Source of the DNA: a virus
Lineage: Duplodnaviria; Heunggongvirae; Uroviricota; Caudoviricetes
IMG/VR virus record: IMGVR_UViG_2718218355_000004
Reading direction: 5' to 3' (one strand)
Length of the DNA stretch: 54,006 bases
A program made the translations under genes and the position numbers. The notes beneath the pieces are model-generated. The model did not search any database. It was given only the letters and a program-made list of their open reading frames with translations, and was not told where the DNA came from. This document shows, one piece after another, positions 11,739-23,319 of this stretch (positions are counted from its first letter, which is position 1; each line of letters starts with the position of its first letter).

Positions 11739-14700
11739 TTAATATTCCCCCATCACGTCGCATATTTAACAGATTGCCCTGCACCCGCTGATCAACCATC
11801 CCCATAAGTGCTTTTATTGCCTGAGGGCCAATCTCTCCATTCTGGCCGTCATTTTGAATAGTGATTTGGTATACAGGGGCATAGGTAATATCTCCGCCTC
11901 CATTACCACTTTTACTATTAATAGCTCTGACACCAAGAGAACCATCGGAAGTTCGTGTTAATGGCATAATGGCTTCCGGTCCAGCCTCACCAAAAACACC
12001 AGCCCCTTTTGCAAAAGCAAAAAATTGCGGGGAATCATAAATACCGTTCGAATACGTGCTCAATGACGGAGACTCATAAACACCGCCCTTTGCATTCGGA
12101 ATAAATTTACGAATAGCACTCCCGATAGTTCCTAAAATCCCCCCAGAAGAACTGTTACTAATGCTGTCGAAAATCCCAGTAATTGAAGCCTTTAATGCCA
12201 TTCGACTAAGATCCGAAATCACGGAAGTAGCGAAAGAACGAAAATTTGCCTTGCCTGTCGTGACAAAATCACCCAGCGCATCGGTCATCCCATCAAACAT
12301 CTGAGTCGTGGTTGATTTTATCTGCTCACTGATATCCTTAGTGTCATCCAGCCAGTTATTGAATCCCTGGGAGGCACCACTAACCCAGTCTCCTGCCTGA
12401 ATATCGAGCTGCTCGTTTTTCTGTCTGACAATTTCTTTTTCCCGTTCCAGAGCATCATTCAGAGCCTGCATTTTCTCTTGAAAAACATGATCTGACATTC
12501 CACGGGATTTATCTGCATAGTCACGTTCAAGTTGCAGACGCTGATTGTTATATCCATGTTCAATCCGCAGTAATTCCTGCTGGCGTTGCTGATTTTTATC
12601 GCCAACCCCATAACCAGCAATCTGAATATCATACCCCTGCTGACGATTATCAATCGAAGCCTGCAATGAATCACGCCATGCTGTTATTTCGGCGGATTCC
12701 TTGATTAGCCTGTTATTCTTTTCAATCGCAACATTTTTCTCCATCAACGCGGTTATTTCTTCCCGGTGTAAGAGAAGCGATTTCTGATCCTGGGTTAATT
12801 TCGATGATGGTCGTGACTCTAGGTCGGCAATCCGCTGACGCCACTTAACCAGTTCCTGTTCAGAGGAACTTAATTTAACGGTCAACTCAGCTTGTGAACT
12901 TAGTAACGCATTCTGTTGATTCAGATGATCAATCATTCGTTGGGCTGCATCATCAGAATAACCTTTCGCCTTTGGTTGCTTTGGATCTTTATAACGCTCA
13001 TTTATTTGAGCGATAAGATTATTATATTCTTCCTTTGAATACTGATTCTTTAGCTTTTCCAGTTTTGCAAGTTCACTAGCTCTCTGCTGCTCCCGGGTCT
13101 GATATTGTTTTGAAAAGGCATCTGCTCTCTGTCTGAGTTCAATTCCTTCCTGTTGTCGCTTGTTGTAATCGTTTATTGATGAATTTAGTACGTCCTGAGC
13201 AATTTTTTCTGCTTGAAGTACGCCCAATTGCTGCTTTAATCGTGCCAGCCTTTTATTTTGAGCTCCGCCATCTCCAATGCCACCTAACCCGAAAACTCCG
13301 GGTCGGGTATTTTTTTCTATTTCATCAATTTGACGGAGAACATCTGAGATTTTTTGATCAAGGGAGGCCTCACGGCCAATATCCAGCATGGAATCCCATG
13401 CCCATTTTGCGGAGTCTGCGACAGCTTTCCATGCAGTCTCAAGATAACCAAGATTTTCTTTAATCTGGTTGGTGCGCTGGATCATTGAGGATGAGTATTC
13501 TTCTGTCGCAATGCGGGCGGCCTCCTGCTGGTTCCCTTCATCCTGTAGCGCCTTAATCTGGTTATAAGTCGCAAGTGTCAGAAAATGGTACTGATCATTA
13601 AGTTTTGATATGGCACTGACAGGATCCTTTGCAATTTCATTGAAGTCATTAACCAGTTGTTCGGTTGATATTCCTGTTACTTCGCTCGTTTTTACTATCG
13701 CTGTCGTCACTTGCTCCAGCGAACTGCTCGCTACCTTTCCCGAACGCACAAGCTGATTTAATACTGCCGCCGCAGCACCAGTTGTCGAATCAGCCGCATT
13801 CCCGGCACGTTGAGCTATATCGCCCAATTGCCCGCTGGTTGTCCCCAACTGATTTCCGGTAAGAATAAGAGATTTATTAAATTCGTCCTGCTCCTGAGAG
13901 CCTTTATAGTAAGCCAGTCCTAAGACCCCAACGGCTGCTGCGGCCAGGGTAAAAGGATTAATTAATCCCAGCACATAAGAACCTACACCTTTGATCGCCG
14001 GGCCAATCCCACCGAACATATCTTTTAGCTGGCCGCCCTGCTGCATTAACACCATAAATGGCGACTGACCAGTGGACAACCCAACAACAATATCCGTCAT
14101 TTGTGCAGGCAACATGCGCATAGCAAAAGCCGTTTGTTTTGCCGACATTCCGGTTTTGCTTAATTGTGATTGAGTAACCTCAAGCTCACTCCGCATAGCA
14201 CGAAGTTTTCCAGAAAGCTCCTCATACATTTCAGGAGAAAGCATCCCCTTAGCTTTTGCTTCATTGAGCTGTTTCTGTTGTTCTACCAGACGATTAAAAG
14301 CAGTTCCGACAGGATCAAGTTGAGCAATCAGACGTTGCAAAGCAACAACCTGTTCATCATGCGCTTTTGCTGCTTCTCGCTCTGCCTGAGCCTCTCCGGT
14401 AAGCTCTCGCCGTGTTTCCTGTATTTTTCGGCTATAATTCTCAAACTGAGAACCATTTATTTTCCCGGATGCAAACGCAGCATTAAGTTCATCATGCTGT
14501 TGTTCAAGATTTCTTAGCGCCGCAGCCAGAGGGTCGATCTTGTCCAGCATTCTTTGAAAGGCCTGAGCCTGCGCTTCCTGCTGGGCGGCAGCAAGTTTTC
14601 CGGCCTTCTCGGCTTCTCTCTGCGCTTGCGCAACCCCGCTCAATTCCTCTGTGGTTTCATTAAGTTTACGGACAAGAAATTCATATTCTTCTTTATCAAT

Positions 14701-14964
14701 AAGCCCTTTATCGAAAAATTTCTTTAATTCAGAATAGCGTCGACCGACAGTATCAATTGCGGCACCAACTGGATCAATAGCTGCTTTTAATTTTGCGAGC
14801 GCGTTCTTCTCATCTTCTGTTGCCTTAGTCACTTTCCCTGCGCTATTTGCAGCAGTTTCCCCAGCCTGCGTCATTTTGACTAATGAGGAGGTCAGATTGT
14901 CAGCATTATTTTTCGCTCCAGTGCTATCAATAATTATTGCGAGACGCGAGGTTTGCTCTGCCAT
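11731..14964 (-). CDS. Tail tape measure protein
   Basis: 1077 aa, largely coiled-coil/low-complexity, with Gly-rich hydrophobic segment; lies between the chaperone genes and gpM. Confidence 0.85.
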
Positions 14965-15129
14965 TTATTAAAACTCCTGACAACAAAAAACCCACCGCGA
15001 AGTTGGTTTCAGGCGACATAATAGTAGATATAGCGATTACGAGGCCACGCAATGCTTTTCTCCAGGAGCATCATCGATTTAATTAAAGACACCATCACAT
15101 CTCTGTAACAGAGTGTACGTAATTAACAA

Positions 15130-15899
15130 CTACACACACTGCTCCTGAAAATACTGGTCATCCAGTGCAAAGATCACTGCTTCAAATTCATCGCGCTCAA
15201 TCAATACCGGATGAGTGGCTAAATATTCATTTATCTCTGTCAGAGATAAAGGCAAAGGCACCCCAGCCATTCCAGCATAACGTCGGGCACGGGATATTAC
15301 CGAATAGGCGTACAACAACTCCTTAAGCACCGGGTCTATTTCTGGTTCCGGTATCGGTGGCAACCTGAGTTTTTCTCGCTTCCATCTTGCCTTTTCCCCC
15401 CTTTCTCCCCCGAACTCCGATAACCACCGCTGGGCAGCTATGGCTTTTTTATCGTATCCTGCTTCTGCTGCTCTTTACCCTGGGCGATGCTGGCTGCTTC
15501 TGCAAGGATCTGCCAGTACAACTCTGGATTCTGCTTAAGCAGCGCGATCCCTCGTTCTGCCGTATATTCCAGTGCAACCTCAACACCATTAACCAGTTCA
15601 CCAACCCCTTTCCAGTCTTTCAGCAGATAACGAGCGGCATTATCAATGAGTAAATCATCAACAGAATCCACCTCGGAAACCTTTGAAATATCAAACTCCT
15701 TCGTTCCGACGTGCAAACTGGCATCCATTTTCTCAATGTGGCGACGGATTAATGCATTACGGGAGCGATACTGATCGTTATCGCTGCTTGCCACCAACAG
15801 TTTTAACCCGTCTACAGGTTTTAAGTCCTTCATTGGCGTAAACCAGCGTTCTCCACCAATGATAATTTTCTGATTAAGAATAAACATCCATAACCTCAT
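15130..15899 (-). CDS. Tail assembly chaperone G-T fusion made by programmed -1 frameshift
   Basis: The G frame (15438..15899) ends IKKP-stop; the slippery heptamer A_AAA_AAG sits 3 codons before that stop, and the -1 frame stays open from there to 15130. Confidence 0.6.
15438..15899 (-). CDS. Tail assembly chaperone (gpG analogue)
   Basis: 153-aa acidic protein between major tail protein and tape measure. Confidence 0.7.
   Translation of the reverse strand: MRLWMFILNQKIIIGGERWFTPMKDLKPVDGLKLLVASSDNDQYRSRNALIRRHIEKMDASLHVGTKEFDISKVSEVDSVDDLLIDNAARYLLKDWKGVGELVNGVEVALEYTAERGIALLKQNPELYWQILAEAASIAQGKEQQKQDTIKKP
15444..15450 (-). other. -1 ribosomal frameshift slippery site (AAAAAAG)
   Basis: Canonical X_XXY_YYZ heptamer at the 3' end of the chaperone ORF. 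Confidence 0.6.
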
Positions 15900-15947
15900 T
15901 CAATGCGTCCCCCTGTAGGGCAGTACCACAGGAGGAATAACGGAAAA

Positions 15948-16910
15948 TCAACTAATCGCCTCAGCACTGGCTTTTGCGATCACGGCAGCCGGGGAATTTT
16001 TTTTTCTGGTTATCGTAGGTGCTTCATCTGCTGCGGTAATGCTCAATTGAACCTGGATAATGTCGCTATTACCCCCATCAGGCCATTCACCTGACACCTG
16101 AACCTTCGGGAAACTGAAAGTGTATGCCCCCTCTCCATTCGAAAGCGTGAAGCTGAACGGAACTGTTTCTCCAGTCAGTGTTTTACTCCAGATTTCCCAC
16201 GCGGCTTTAGACCATGAAAGCGTCACCGTACCGGACGGTGTAAAAGTAGTCGGAATATTTGCTCCTGCATAAGGCGAGCCAGTCCCGATACAACGCTGTG
16301 TCTGGAGTTTGTTATCGAACTGAATATCAAAACTGTCGATACAAAAACCGTTACCTCCGGCAACACCATTCAGGCTTACTGCTGAAACCTCCTTAAACGA
16401 ATAACGTAGCTTTCCTGCACTATCCACAGGTTCGCCTTTGATAAAATTCGTATCATCGGCCTTTGATTCCCAGTCCAGTCCGGCAAAGGTTACGGTCGCT
16501 GTAATATCGCCGTCGTTAGGGATCTGCATTTTCCATGAGCCAACCTGCGCTCCTCTGACGACAGAGGCAATTCCGACATCGGACGCATAGGTCGCCAGAG
16601 AAAATGTTATTCGCTCATTCCCCATTGTCAGAGAATCGCCTGACCATTCCGCGCCGAAACAGGATGCAAGAAAATCATCATGTTGACCCCAGCGAAATTT
16701 GGTACCAACATCACCGCCGACATCCACAGTGCCAGGCGTCGCCCCCTGAGCCATCCGGGAGCCACCAATCTCATTATTTTCGCCTTTATTCTGGGTGGGT
16801 TTTACTCCCCAGCTTGTGCGTTTTAATAAACTCCAGTCACTACTTGCTGGCGTAGTGCCTGCAACCGTCTCCCGGATAAATGCCGAGATAACCTTTGCAC
16901 CTGAACTCAC
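15948..16910 (-). CDS. Major tail (tube) protein
   Basis: 320 aa with strong AGGAGG SD and a GTG start, directly upstream of the G/GT chaperones. Confidence 0.75.
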   Translation of the reverse strand: MSSGAKVISAFIRETVAGTTPASSDWSLLKRTSWGVKPTQNKGENNEIGGSRMAQGATPGTVDVGGDVGTKFRWGQHDDFLASCFGAEWSGDSLTMGNERITFSLATYASDVGIASVVRGAQVGSWKMQIPNDGDITATVTFAGLDWESKADDTNFIKGEPVDSAGKLRYSFKEVSAVSLNGVAGGNGFCIDSFDIQFDNKLQTQRCIGTGSPYAGANIPTTFTPSGTVTLSWSKAAWEIWSKTLTGETVPFSFTLSNGEGAYTFSFPKVQVSGEWPDGGNSDIIQVQLSITAADEAPTITRKKNSPAAVIAKASAEAIS

Positions 16911-16936
16911 AGGAGCCTCCTATGTCATTAATTGCG

Positions 16937-17329
16937 CTAGAGCGCGCGATATGGAATTTGAAGATTAAGCTGGAACCAGCCATTCTTTTCGCCAACGGCT
17001 ATTGAGGAAACAGCCTGGTAACTGAGACGATCGTCATCCTGAAACTCAAACAGTTCCCGCAATTTATCGGCTGTCTCAGTAATGAGTTTTGAACCAGAAC
17101 CTGCGGGGACAAATAACTGAATAATGATTATCCCCGTGCGATAAACAATCGGCCCCGCGCCAATTTCATTAACTCCAGCCTGCCCGGGAATATTACTTAA
17201 CCGCGCCCAGATTAACTTACCGGAAGGATCGAACGTTGGCGCGTTCGGATACAATACGTCTTTTCCATCAATAATCGTCTGTGCCGTCATTCTGGAAATA
17301 ACCGTATTTCTGATTTCAGTAAACGTCAT
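16937..17329 (-). CDS. Tail terminator-like protein (gpU analogue)
   Basis: 130-aa ORF in conserved position upstream of the major tail gene. Confidence 0.5.
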   Translation of the reverse strand: MTFTEIRNTVISRMTAQTIIDGKDVLYPNAPTFDPSGKLIWARLSNIPGQAGVNEIGAGPIVYRTGIIIIQLFVPAGSGSKLITETADKLRELFEFQDDDRLSYQAVSSIAVGEKNGWFQLNLQIPYRAL

Positions 17330-17706
17330 TTGTAAACCTGTAAAACACCATGAAAAGCGTTGGCATACACGCCAGTTGGCGCTTGTTGTGAATGACCGTT
17401 TTCAAGAGCCTCTGCATAAGGAAGGTTATTCTGGATATAAATAACTCCGTAATTTGCAGCTTTCGAAATAACCCCGATCCCACGCTGAACAGCAATCGTA
17501 CCGTTCGGATCCACGTTATCAGATATACCAAAATCGGGATGCTGTAACGACACCAGGTTGTTATTTCTGAAACGTCCGGTATCAACCGGAGCAGCAATAT
17601 CAATAGCAGTAAGAATCTGAATAGCGATGTAGCGAATCTTCAGCCCTACATCTTCCTCAATCATCCCGGCAAATATTGACGGTTCTATATCCCATGCCTT
17701 TGCCAT
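17326..17706 (-). CDS. Tail completion / neck protein
   Basis: 126-aa ORF, translationally coupled within the head-tail joining cluster. Confidence 0.45.
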   Translation of the reverse strand: MAKAWDIEPSIFAGMIEEDVGLKIRYIAIQILTAIDIAAPVDTGRFRNNNLVSLQHPDFGISDNVDPNGTIAVQRGIGVISKAANYGVIYIQNNLPYAEALENGHSQQAPTGVYANAFHGVLQVYK

Positions 17707-18090
17707 TTACGCTCTCCTTAACTGGATAGAGTAAACTGATGCGGAAGGATCTACACTTGCTGTAATTACCTCGTATCGTTGTAACTGCCTTGATACAGGA
17801 TCATAAATCTCAATAATATGGTCGACAGCTGGTTTATCCGTAACCTCGCATACCAGAGCGGTTAATTTAAGGTCACCATGCAAAATATTAATCCCATCAA
17901 TTCTGCCCAGCTTATAACGTGTCAACACGCCTCGCCCGGTATAGATTGCGGTGGATTCGCCGCCAGTTTCCGTCACAGGATCCCAGTGCAGGTGCGTAAC
18001 GTAAGAACCAGAAAAATCACTCACGGCGTCCGCTAAATCCTCATCAAAAGCAGCGGCAACCTCTGACTGAATCTCTTCACGAAGCCCCAT
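17707..18090 (-). CDS. Head-tail adaptor / head closure protein
   Basis: 127-aa ORF; call is by gene order only. Confidence 0.45.
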   Translation of the reverse strand: MGLREEIQSEVAAAFDEDLADAVSDFSGSYVTHLHWDPVTETGGESTAIYTGRGVLTRYKLGRIDGINILHGDLKLTALVCEVTDKPAVDHIIEIYDPVSRQLQRYEVITASVDPSASVYSIQLRRA

Positions 18091-18485
18091 TATCCCCCCC
18101 TCACAACCCTGACTTGTGAGCGACTAAGTCCGTACGGTTTCAGCAGTGCTATCGCAAGCTGTAAATCGGGTTCAAGCAATGCAGTGCTGTTTGCTGGCAA
18201 CTCAGAAAATGATTTCGATACACTGACCCCGTCAGCCGACACGGCTTTACTGATAACAACGCCAGAATCATTTTTCTGCTGAAACAACTTACCGAATGAG
18301 GCAATTCTGGCTGCATATGCTCCCGCAAGTTTTACCTCTTCCGGAATACGGGATGGGTTAATTTTCAGGTTGAAGCCATTAAGCCAGGCATTAGCCATTA
18401 AAACAGCTTTATTTTTAGCGTTCTCACTCGTCCAGGCGTTCCCAAACGCATTATCAACGTCATCACAGGTCACGTAAGTGATCAT
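18090..18485 (-). CDS. Head-tail connector protein
   Basis: 131-aa ORF; call is by gene order only. Confidence 0.45.
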   Translation of the reverse strand: MITYVTCDDVDNAFGNAWTSENAKNKAVLMANAWLNGFNLKINPSRIPEEVKLAGAYAARIASFGKLFQQKNDSGVVISKAVSADGVSVSKSFSELPANSTALLEPDLQLAIALLKPYGLSRSQVRVVRGG

Positions 18486-18488
18486 GTG

Positions 18489-18665
18489 TTACTCCTGAGT
18501 TTTCCAGCCCATAGCCTTCCAGTTGTCAACTTCATCAGGATGAACATTAGCGATAGTTGGTGCGCCGGGAAACATCTGATAATCGGTCACCATAACCACT
18601 AACTCAATTTGCGTTTTTTGTGCGGCTTCACGCTGTGCTCTTTGCTCTTTAGTTAATCCGGCCAT
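18489..18665 (-). CDS. Small phage structural-cluster protein (58 aa)
   Basis: ATG ORF not in the supplied track, filling the gap between major capsid gene and downstream gene; translation MAGLTKEQRAQREAAQKTQIELVV... Confidence 0.35.
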   Translation of the reverse strand: MAGLTKEQRAQREAAQKTQIELVVMVTDYQMFPGAPTIANVHPDEVDNWKAMGWKTQE

Positions 18666-18707
18666 ATGCCCCCCATTAAAAATGGGGCCGAAGCCCCGTT
18701 TGAATGT

Positions 18708-19847
18708 TTAACCAAGAATCAGACAACCATGTGCCGGCTTCACTGATGAAACACCCCATGCCAGTCCAACTTCATAGCGCACCTGGCGATACTGACGATA
18801 CAGTGCAATCTGGAACGTAATCCCTGAAATCGGGTCCGTAACATTCATTACATCATCAGCATTATCGCCACCTTCCGGCATTGCCGGAGTACGGGATGCC
18901 AGCAGAAACGCGTTGCGATCAAACGCCATATTTGCCGTAAAGGCCCCAACAACTGTGATGGCAGTATCATCGGCCAGATCCTGACGCAGTCCGGGCGCTG
19001 CAAGAGTAATCAGATTGCTGGTCGCTGCTGCCACAACATACTGATTCGGATCACCAGCGAACGTAACAATCTGACCTGCAGAAATACTCCCCGAACCAGT
19101 ATCAATGGAAATAAGAACATCGCCTTCTTTTTTCTCTCCATTCACGAGATAACCAGTTGCAGCAACCTTTGGCGCTCGTTTCACACCTGCCGAACTGTGA
19201 ATATTGAATCCCTCCAGACGCCCCAACACGCCCTCACGCAGTAGCTGTTCAGTGCCGGATTCATTCACTTTAAACAATACAGACTGTTTTCCGCGCAAAT
19301 TAGCAATGGCAGTGGAGCCAAGCACCATCTGCAGATCGGTTGTCGGTGCGCCGTTATCCTCCAGAACCTGACGAGCCAGAGCAGCATCAGAAAGATCATC
19401 TTTAACACCAAACGGCGTTGTCCCTGCGGTTCCCACGGCGCGGGAAGCACCGAAATACAACGCACCAAGATCAGCCTCAACCTCGTTTGCAAGGGCGCGA
19501 AAAGCCTGCTTGAACTGATCAGCCAGAATGGTGTTGTAAGTCCCTGAAGGGCCAAGAGCCAGTTGTTCTTCACCATTCCATTTAACCGGTGCCATTTTGG
19601 ATTTAGTAATTTTTACATCAACAGTGCCAATATTTTGATCACCGGTATTCGGAGCTGACGGCCCCGGTACGATATCTTCGGTTTTCGCCTCAGGCGCAAC
19701 TGGCGCGGTTACCGTCTGATCTTTTGCTGCGGCGTCAGCTTTTGCGTTTTTTGCTACCGCAGGGATAAAACCTACCTGCTCACGGGATACAACATCCAGG
19801 GCGGTATAAATAGTCGGGATCAACCCGGTCAGGGTATTTCCAGCCAT
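18708..19847 (-). CDS. Major capsid protein
   Basis: Start chosen at internal ATG (MAGNTLTG...) preceded by AAGGAA SD; about 380 aa; position after scaffold. Confidence 0.75.
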   Translation of the reverse strand: MAGNTLTGLIPTIYTALDVVSREQVGFIPAVAKNAKADAAAKDQTVTAPVAPEAKTEDIVPGPSAPNTGDQNIGTVDVKITKSKMAPVKWNGEEQLALGPSGTYNTILADQFKQAFRALANEVEADLGALYFGASRAVGTAGTTPFGVKDDLSDAALARQVLEDNGAPTTDLQMVLGSTAIANLRGKQSVLFKVNESGTEQLLREGVLGRLEGFNIHSSAGVKRAPKVAATGYLVNGEKKEGDVLISIDTGSGSISAGQIVTFAGDPNQYVVAAATSNLITLAAPGLRQDLADDTAITVVGAFTANMAFDRNAFLLASRTPAMPEGGDNADDVMNVTDPISGITFQIALYRQYRQVRYEVGLAWGVSSVKPAHGCLILG

Positions 19848-19945
19848 AATTAAATATTCCTTAAAAATTTGCGTAATTGTGAATAGATGGAGTAATGAGC
19901 TATCCAGCCCTGACACCAGCTCCCATCCGGAAGCTGACAAATGTG

Positions 19946-20710
19946 TTAATCAACGATTGTGATACCGTCTTTCAATGCGTTTTGCTTACCTGCAACATCC
20001 AGTGCATCAAAAGCAGAGCGTTTCATCGTTTTCTGACCAATATCATGCTGTGTCGGACGGGAGCCGCCGCCATTGTTGCCACTGGCTTTCAGGATGTAGT
20101 CTTTCTGAGGGTAATTTTCGACAAGGAACTCCAGCGCCTCATCAAACTGCGCCAGTTCGCCAGGCTTCGCGCGGGAATAAATTTTGTTGCCGGAAGCGTC
20201 ATAAGCAACGATCCTCCCTTCTTCCACTTTGAATGCCTGCCCGAAGCGGGCTTGTAATAAATCTGCCGGGATCGCAATTTTATCGGCAATATATTTTGAA
20301 CCCGCAAAACTACCGCCAATCATAGAATCGTAAAGCTGCTTCTCCAGCATCTGAGAGCGTTGCTTTTCTTCATCTAATTGCTGCTGAAAATTTTTCGTAA
20401 TTTCTGCCTTAACCTGGTCAACCTGTCCCGCATCGAGCAGCTTTTTCTGGTCGATTTTTGACAGCATTTCCAGTGCCTCGATCGCCTTCTTCGGGTCTTC
20501 GATAGCGGCAAACTTAGCCAGTTTTTCCTCTGCAGCTTCTTTAGCCAGGCGATGATTTTTTGCCTCGCCATTAAGCTCTGTAATTTTTTTTGTCGCCAGC
20601 GGTGCATCGAAGCCAATTTCTTTACCATCGTCGTGCACATAAACTGGCAGGCCAGCAGTATCAATTTCTGCGTATTGTTTTCCGTTAATCTCGACCGTTT
20701 TCAGTTTCAT
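19946..20710 (-). CDS. Scaffolding protein
   Basis: Start at MKLKTVEINGK; acidic coiled-coil-rich about 254 aa between head morphogenesis and capsid genes. Confidence 0.55.
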   Translation of the reverse strand: MKLKTVEINGKQYAEIDTAGLPVYVHDDGKEIGFDAPLATKKITELNGEAKNHRLAKEAAEEKLAKFAAIEDPKKAIEALEMLSKIDQKKLLDAGQVDQVKAEITKNFQQQLDEEKQRSQMLEKQLYDSMIGGSFAGSKYIADKIAIPADLLQARFGQAFKVEEGRIVAYDASGNKIYSRAKPGELAQFDEALEFLVENYPQKDYILKASGNNGGGSRPTQHDIGQKTMKRSAFDALDVAGKQNALKDGITIVD

Positions 20711-20768
20711 ATTAGTACCTGGTTTAAGTCTTCCGACAGTTACGCTGCTCACCATCCGGATCGCAGCA

Positions 20769-20795
20769 ATAAAAAAGGCCACCCGAAGGTAGCCT
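20769..20795 (-). terminator. Hairpin plus T-tract between head morphogenesis and scaffold genes
   Basis: Minus-strand GGCTACC-TTCG-GGTGGCC followed by TTTTTTATT; imperfect stem. Confidence 0.35.
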
Positions 20796-20814
20796 GTTGT
20801 AATAAATGATTTAT

Positions 20815-21930
20815 TTAAATCCCTGCTTTTCTGAATACCTGTGCATCACGCTCACGGAGCTGCTTCAGCGTCAGCCATTCGCCTTTATCGGTGTAAAATT
20901 CATCTGGCGACATACCACCATCCCGAATCAGCTTTGCTCGGGTTTCCCCCACAATCTGTTTTTGTCTGGTGTAAGGCTGACGCAAAAACCATTCCCTGTA
21001 GGTTGTATCTCCGGCCACCACGCCATCCATGCTGGCCCGCTCAGCCGGGGAAATATCGCGAACATCAATACCCAGTTCCTTCGCTGATTTCAGAATGAAC
21101 GTTTCCGTTGAGCGGCAGCAGAAATGAATTTTTCCCGGCCCCTGCAAATAAGGCACGCTGTGACCTACAGGTTTATTATTCAGCGTATATTTGAGGCGAT
21201 CCCTGATTCGACATTGTGGCGTAGTACGATTATCAAGCGTTGATAACCATTGCTTACCCTTAATCAAATCATTATTCGCGCTGGCAAAACTCTCACGGGC
21301 AGTAGCAGCAAGATGCCCAACCGCTGTTTTTGCAATGCTGGCCGCATTAGCCCGGCTCATCTGCAATGCACCATCCTGAAATCCCTTACTGACATGTCCC
21401 CGAATTTTTCTTGCGATCTGCTCATTGGTATCCCCCAGCAAAAAACCCTGACGCACTGTATTTGTTATGCGTCTGAGCCGATCCGCCTCAAGATCTGAGG
21501 CCCACTCACTGAGCAGTCGTCCCTGGAATGGTCGCGCCATTGCAGCGGCATAAAGTGCATCAGGAGAGATACCAACCAGAGGGTGAACATCAGCAACAAA
21601 ATCAGGTAGCATAGAATCAAACAGACTTAACTGATAACCAGCCTCATAAATTGCCAGCTCGTTCAGCTCTCCGGAGAGACTGGTAAACATGCTGTTAATA
21701 GCAGTGCGGTTAACCTTTCTGACGCTCGCCAGAAGTGACTCCAGGCGCTTAACGGTAAAATTACCTGGATCGAGGCTGTCCAGTGCTATCAGCAGGCGAG
21801 CAGTAAGTTCCGCATCGCTGTCATTCAGTATTTTCACCATTCTGGCAGCCACGCCAGTGCTATAGCGGGATATCCAGACTGCATGAGCAATTGATTCATC
21901 ACGCAGCCGTTCATTCACGGTTTGCATCAT
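20815..21930 (-). CDS. Head morphogenesis protein (Mu gpF / SPP1 gp7-like)
   Basis: 371-aa ORF directly after the portal gene; family resemblance by eye. Confidence 0.7.
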   Translation of the reverse strand: MMQTVNERLRDESIAHAVWISRYSTGVAARMVKILNDSDAELTARLLIALDSLDPGNFTVKRLESLLASVRKVNRTAINSMFTSLSGELNELAIYEAGYQLSLFDSMLPDFVADVHPLVGISPDALYAAAMARPFQGRLLSEWASDLEADRLRRITNTVRQGFLLGDTNEQIARKIRGHVSKGFQDGALQMSRANAASIAKTAVGHLAATARESFASANNDLIKGKQWLSTLDNRTTPQCRIRDRLKYTLNNKPVGHSVPYLQGPGKIHFCCRSTETFILKSAKELGIDVRDISPAERASMDGVVAGDTTYREWFLRQPYTRQKQIVGETRAKLIRDGGMSPDEFYTDKGEWLTLKQLRERDAQVFRKAGI

Positions 21931-23317
21931 TGATTTCCATCAGCATTACACTCTGATTTTTTAATTCATCGATCACTTCCTCTGGACGGGAATCCTGATC
22001 GATAAATTTCAACGCCTGCAACACCCGAACCGCATCAATCTGACGTATATCACCGCCCTGACGCAATGACTGAACAGCCAGCGCGGAGGATGAGTCAAAC
22101 ACCTGGGCAGATACATCCAGTTCAGTGCGCACATCCACATTGCCACCGCAACTCTCTCCGATCCATTCCGCCATTATCTGGAGAATATTATCGAGGGCAT
22201 CTTCGAGGGAGTTCGCCATTGTATAAAGCGGCGAGTTTTCCTGCATTCGCTCTTCATTAGTCTGATCAACAGATTTGGTGGATGTATTTTCAGCACGCAG
22301 AAGTTTAGCGCCGGCATGACGCATCTGATTTTCCAGCTTCTCAAGTGATGTTTCGCCAGATTCTATCGCTGCGCCACTATGTTCAACATATTCGAGGCCA
22401 TTTTTTGTTCTGTCCTCAAAAATCGTAGCGGTGGATGCACCAACCGTCAGTTCTTCATTCCTGTCCAGCCCGTAGGCCACCAGCAATGGAACGCGGGTAA
22501 CATGAAGAATATTGTCCTGCTCGCTCTGGCTTTGCCAGTGCTTGATATTCAGCAAGCCAAGATTAAGCAATGGCGGTGTACCACGCATAAATCCTGTTTT
22601 CTTCGTGTACAGTGTTACCAGAGGAATATCATCACGGCTGGTATTCCATGACTCATGAAGCGTCCAGACAGATTCGCCATTAGTGCTTTCGCTACGTCGA
22701 TAAATTTCAACTCGACGGGGCATAATATGGCGGATCTGCTCCACCTTCTTCTGCCCGAAATCATCACCATCAATAATGATGACCTCTTTTATACGCAAAT
22801 CAGTGAGAACAACTTTCCCTTTTTCAACTTTCGATTTCCATCCAATAACCTGGCGTGGATTCAGCATCGTAACGTACGGACGACCACCGGTCGCGTTTTC
22901 ATCGGCTTTTGTACGAATCTCTTTCATATCCGTTCGTGGATAGTCCACCAGCGCATGTGCCACACCATACTGAAATGCGAGGCTGAAAAATTGCTGCGCC
23001 CACACATCCAGTCGGCTCCCCTCCATGTCGATATTTTCTGCATATTCCCTGATTTTTGCCGGCGTTTCCTCACTCAATACTGTCGGCTCTGCAAATATGC
23101 GCCCAATATTTTGCTTGATGCTTTCTTCATACACAGGAAGTAGCGTAGCCACAGACAGGCGTTTTTTATAAGCGTCTTCATCTTCGTTAGGCCATTTTGG
23201 GAGATAATTTTCCCCCTGCCTGCGCATTTCAAGCGTACCGCCCATCAGTGCGTCGTTAATATCCCACGCCTCCAGCATATCGTTATAGTCGAGGTTGGGT
23301 GTTGATATATCAGCCAT
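21911..23317 (-). CDS. Portal protein
   Basis: 468-aa ORF immediately downstream of the terminase large subunit. Confidence 0.75.
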   Translation of the reverse strand: MADISTPNLDYNDMLEAWDINDALMGGTLEMRRQGENYLPKWPNEDEDAYKKRLSVATLLPVYEESIKQNIGRIFAEPTVLSEETPAKIREYAENIDMEGSRLDVWAQQFFSLAFQYGVAHALVDYPRTDMKEIRTKADENATGGRPYVTMLNPRQVIGWKSKVEKGKVVLTDLRIKEVIIIDGDDFGQKKVEQIRHIMPRRVEIYRRSESTNGESVWTLHESWNTSRDDIPLVTLYTKKTGFMRGTPPLLNLGLLNIKHWQSQSEQDNILHVTRVPLLVAYGLDRNEELTVGASTATIFEDRTKNGLEYVEHSGAAIESGETSLEKLENQMRHAGAKLLRAENTSTKSVDQTNEERMQENSPLYTMANSLEDALDNILQIMAEWIGESCGGNVDVRTELDVSAQVFDSSSALAVQSLRQGGDIRQIDAVRVLQALKFIDQDSRPEEVIDELKNQSVMLMEINDANRE

Positions 23318-23319
23318 AA

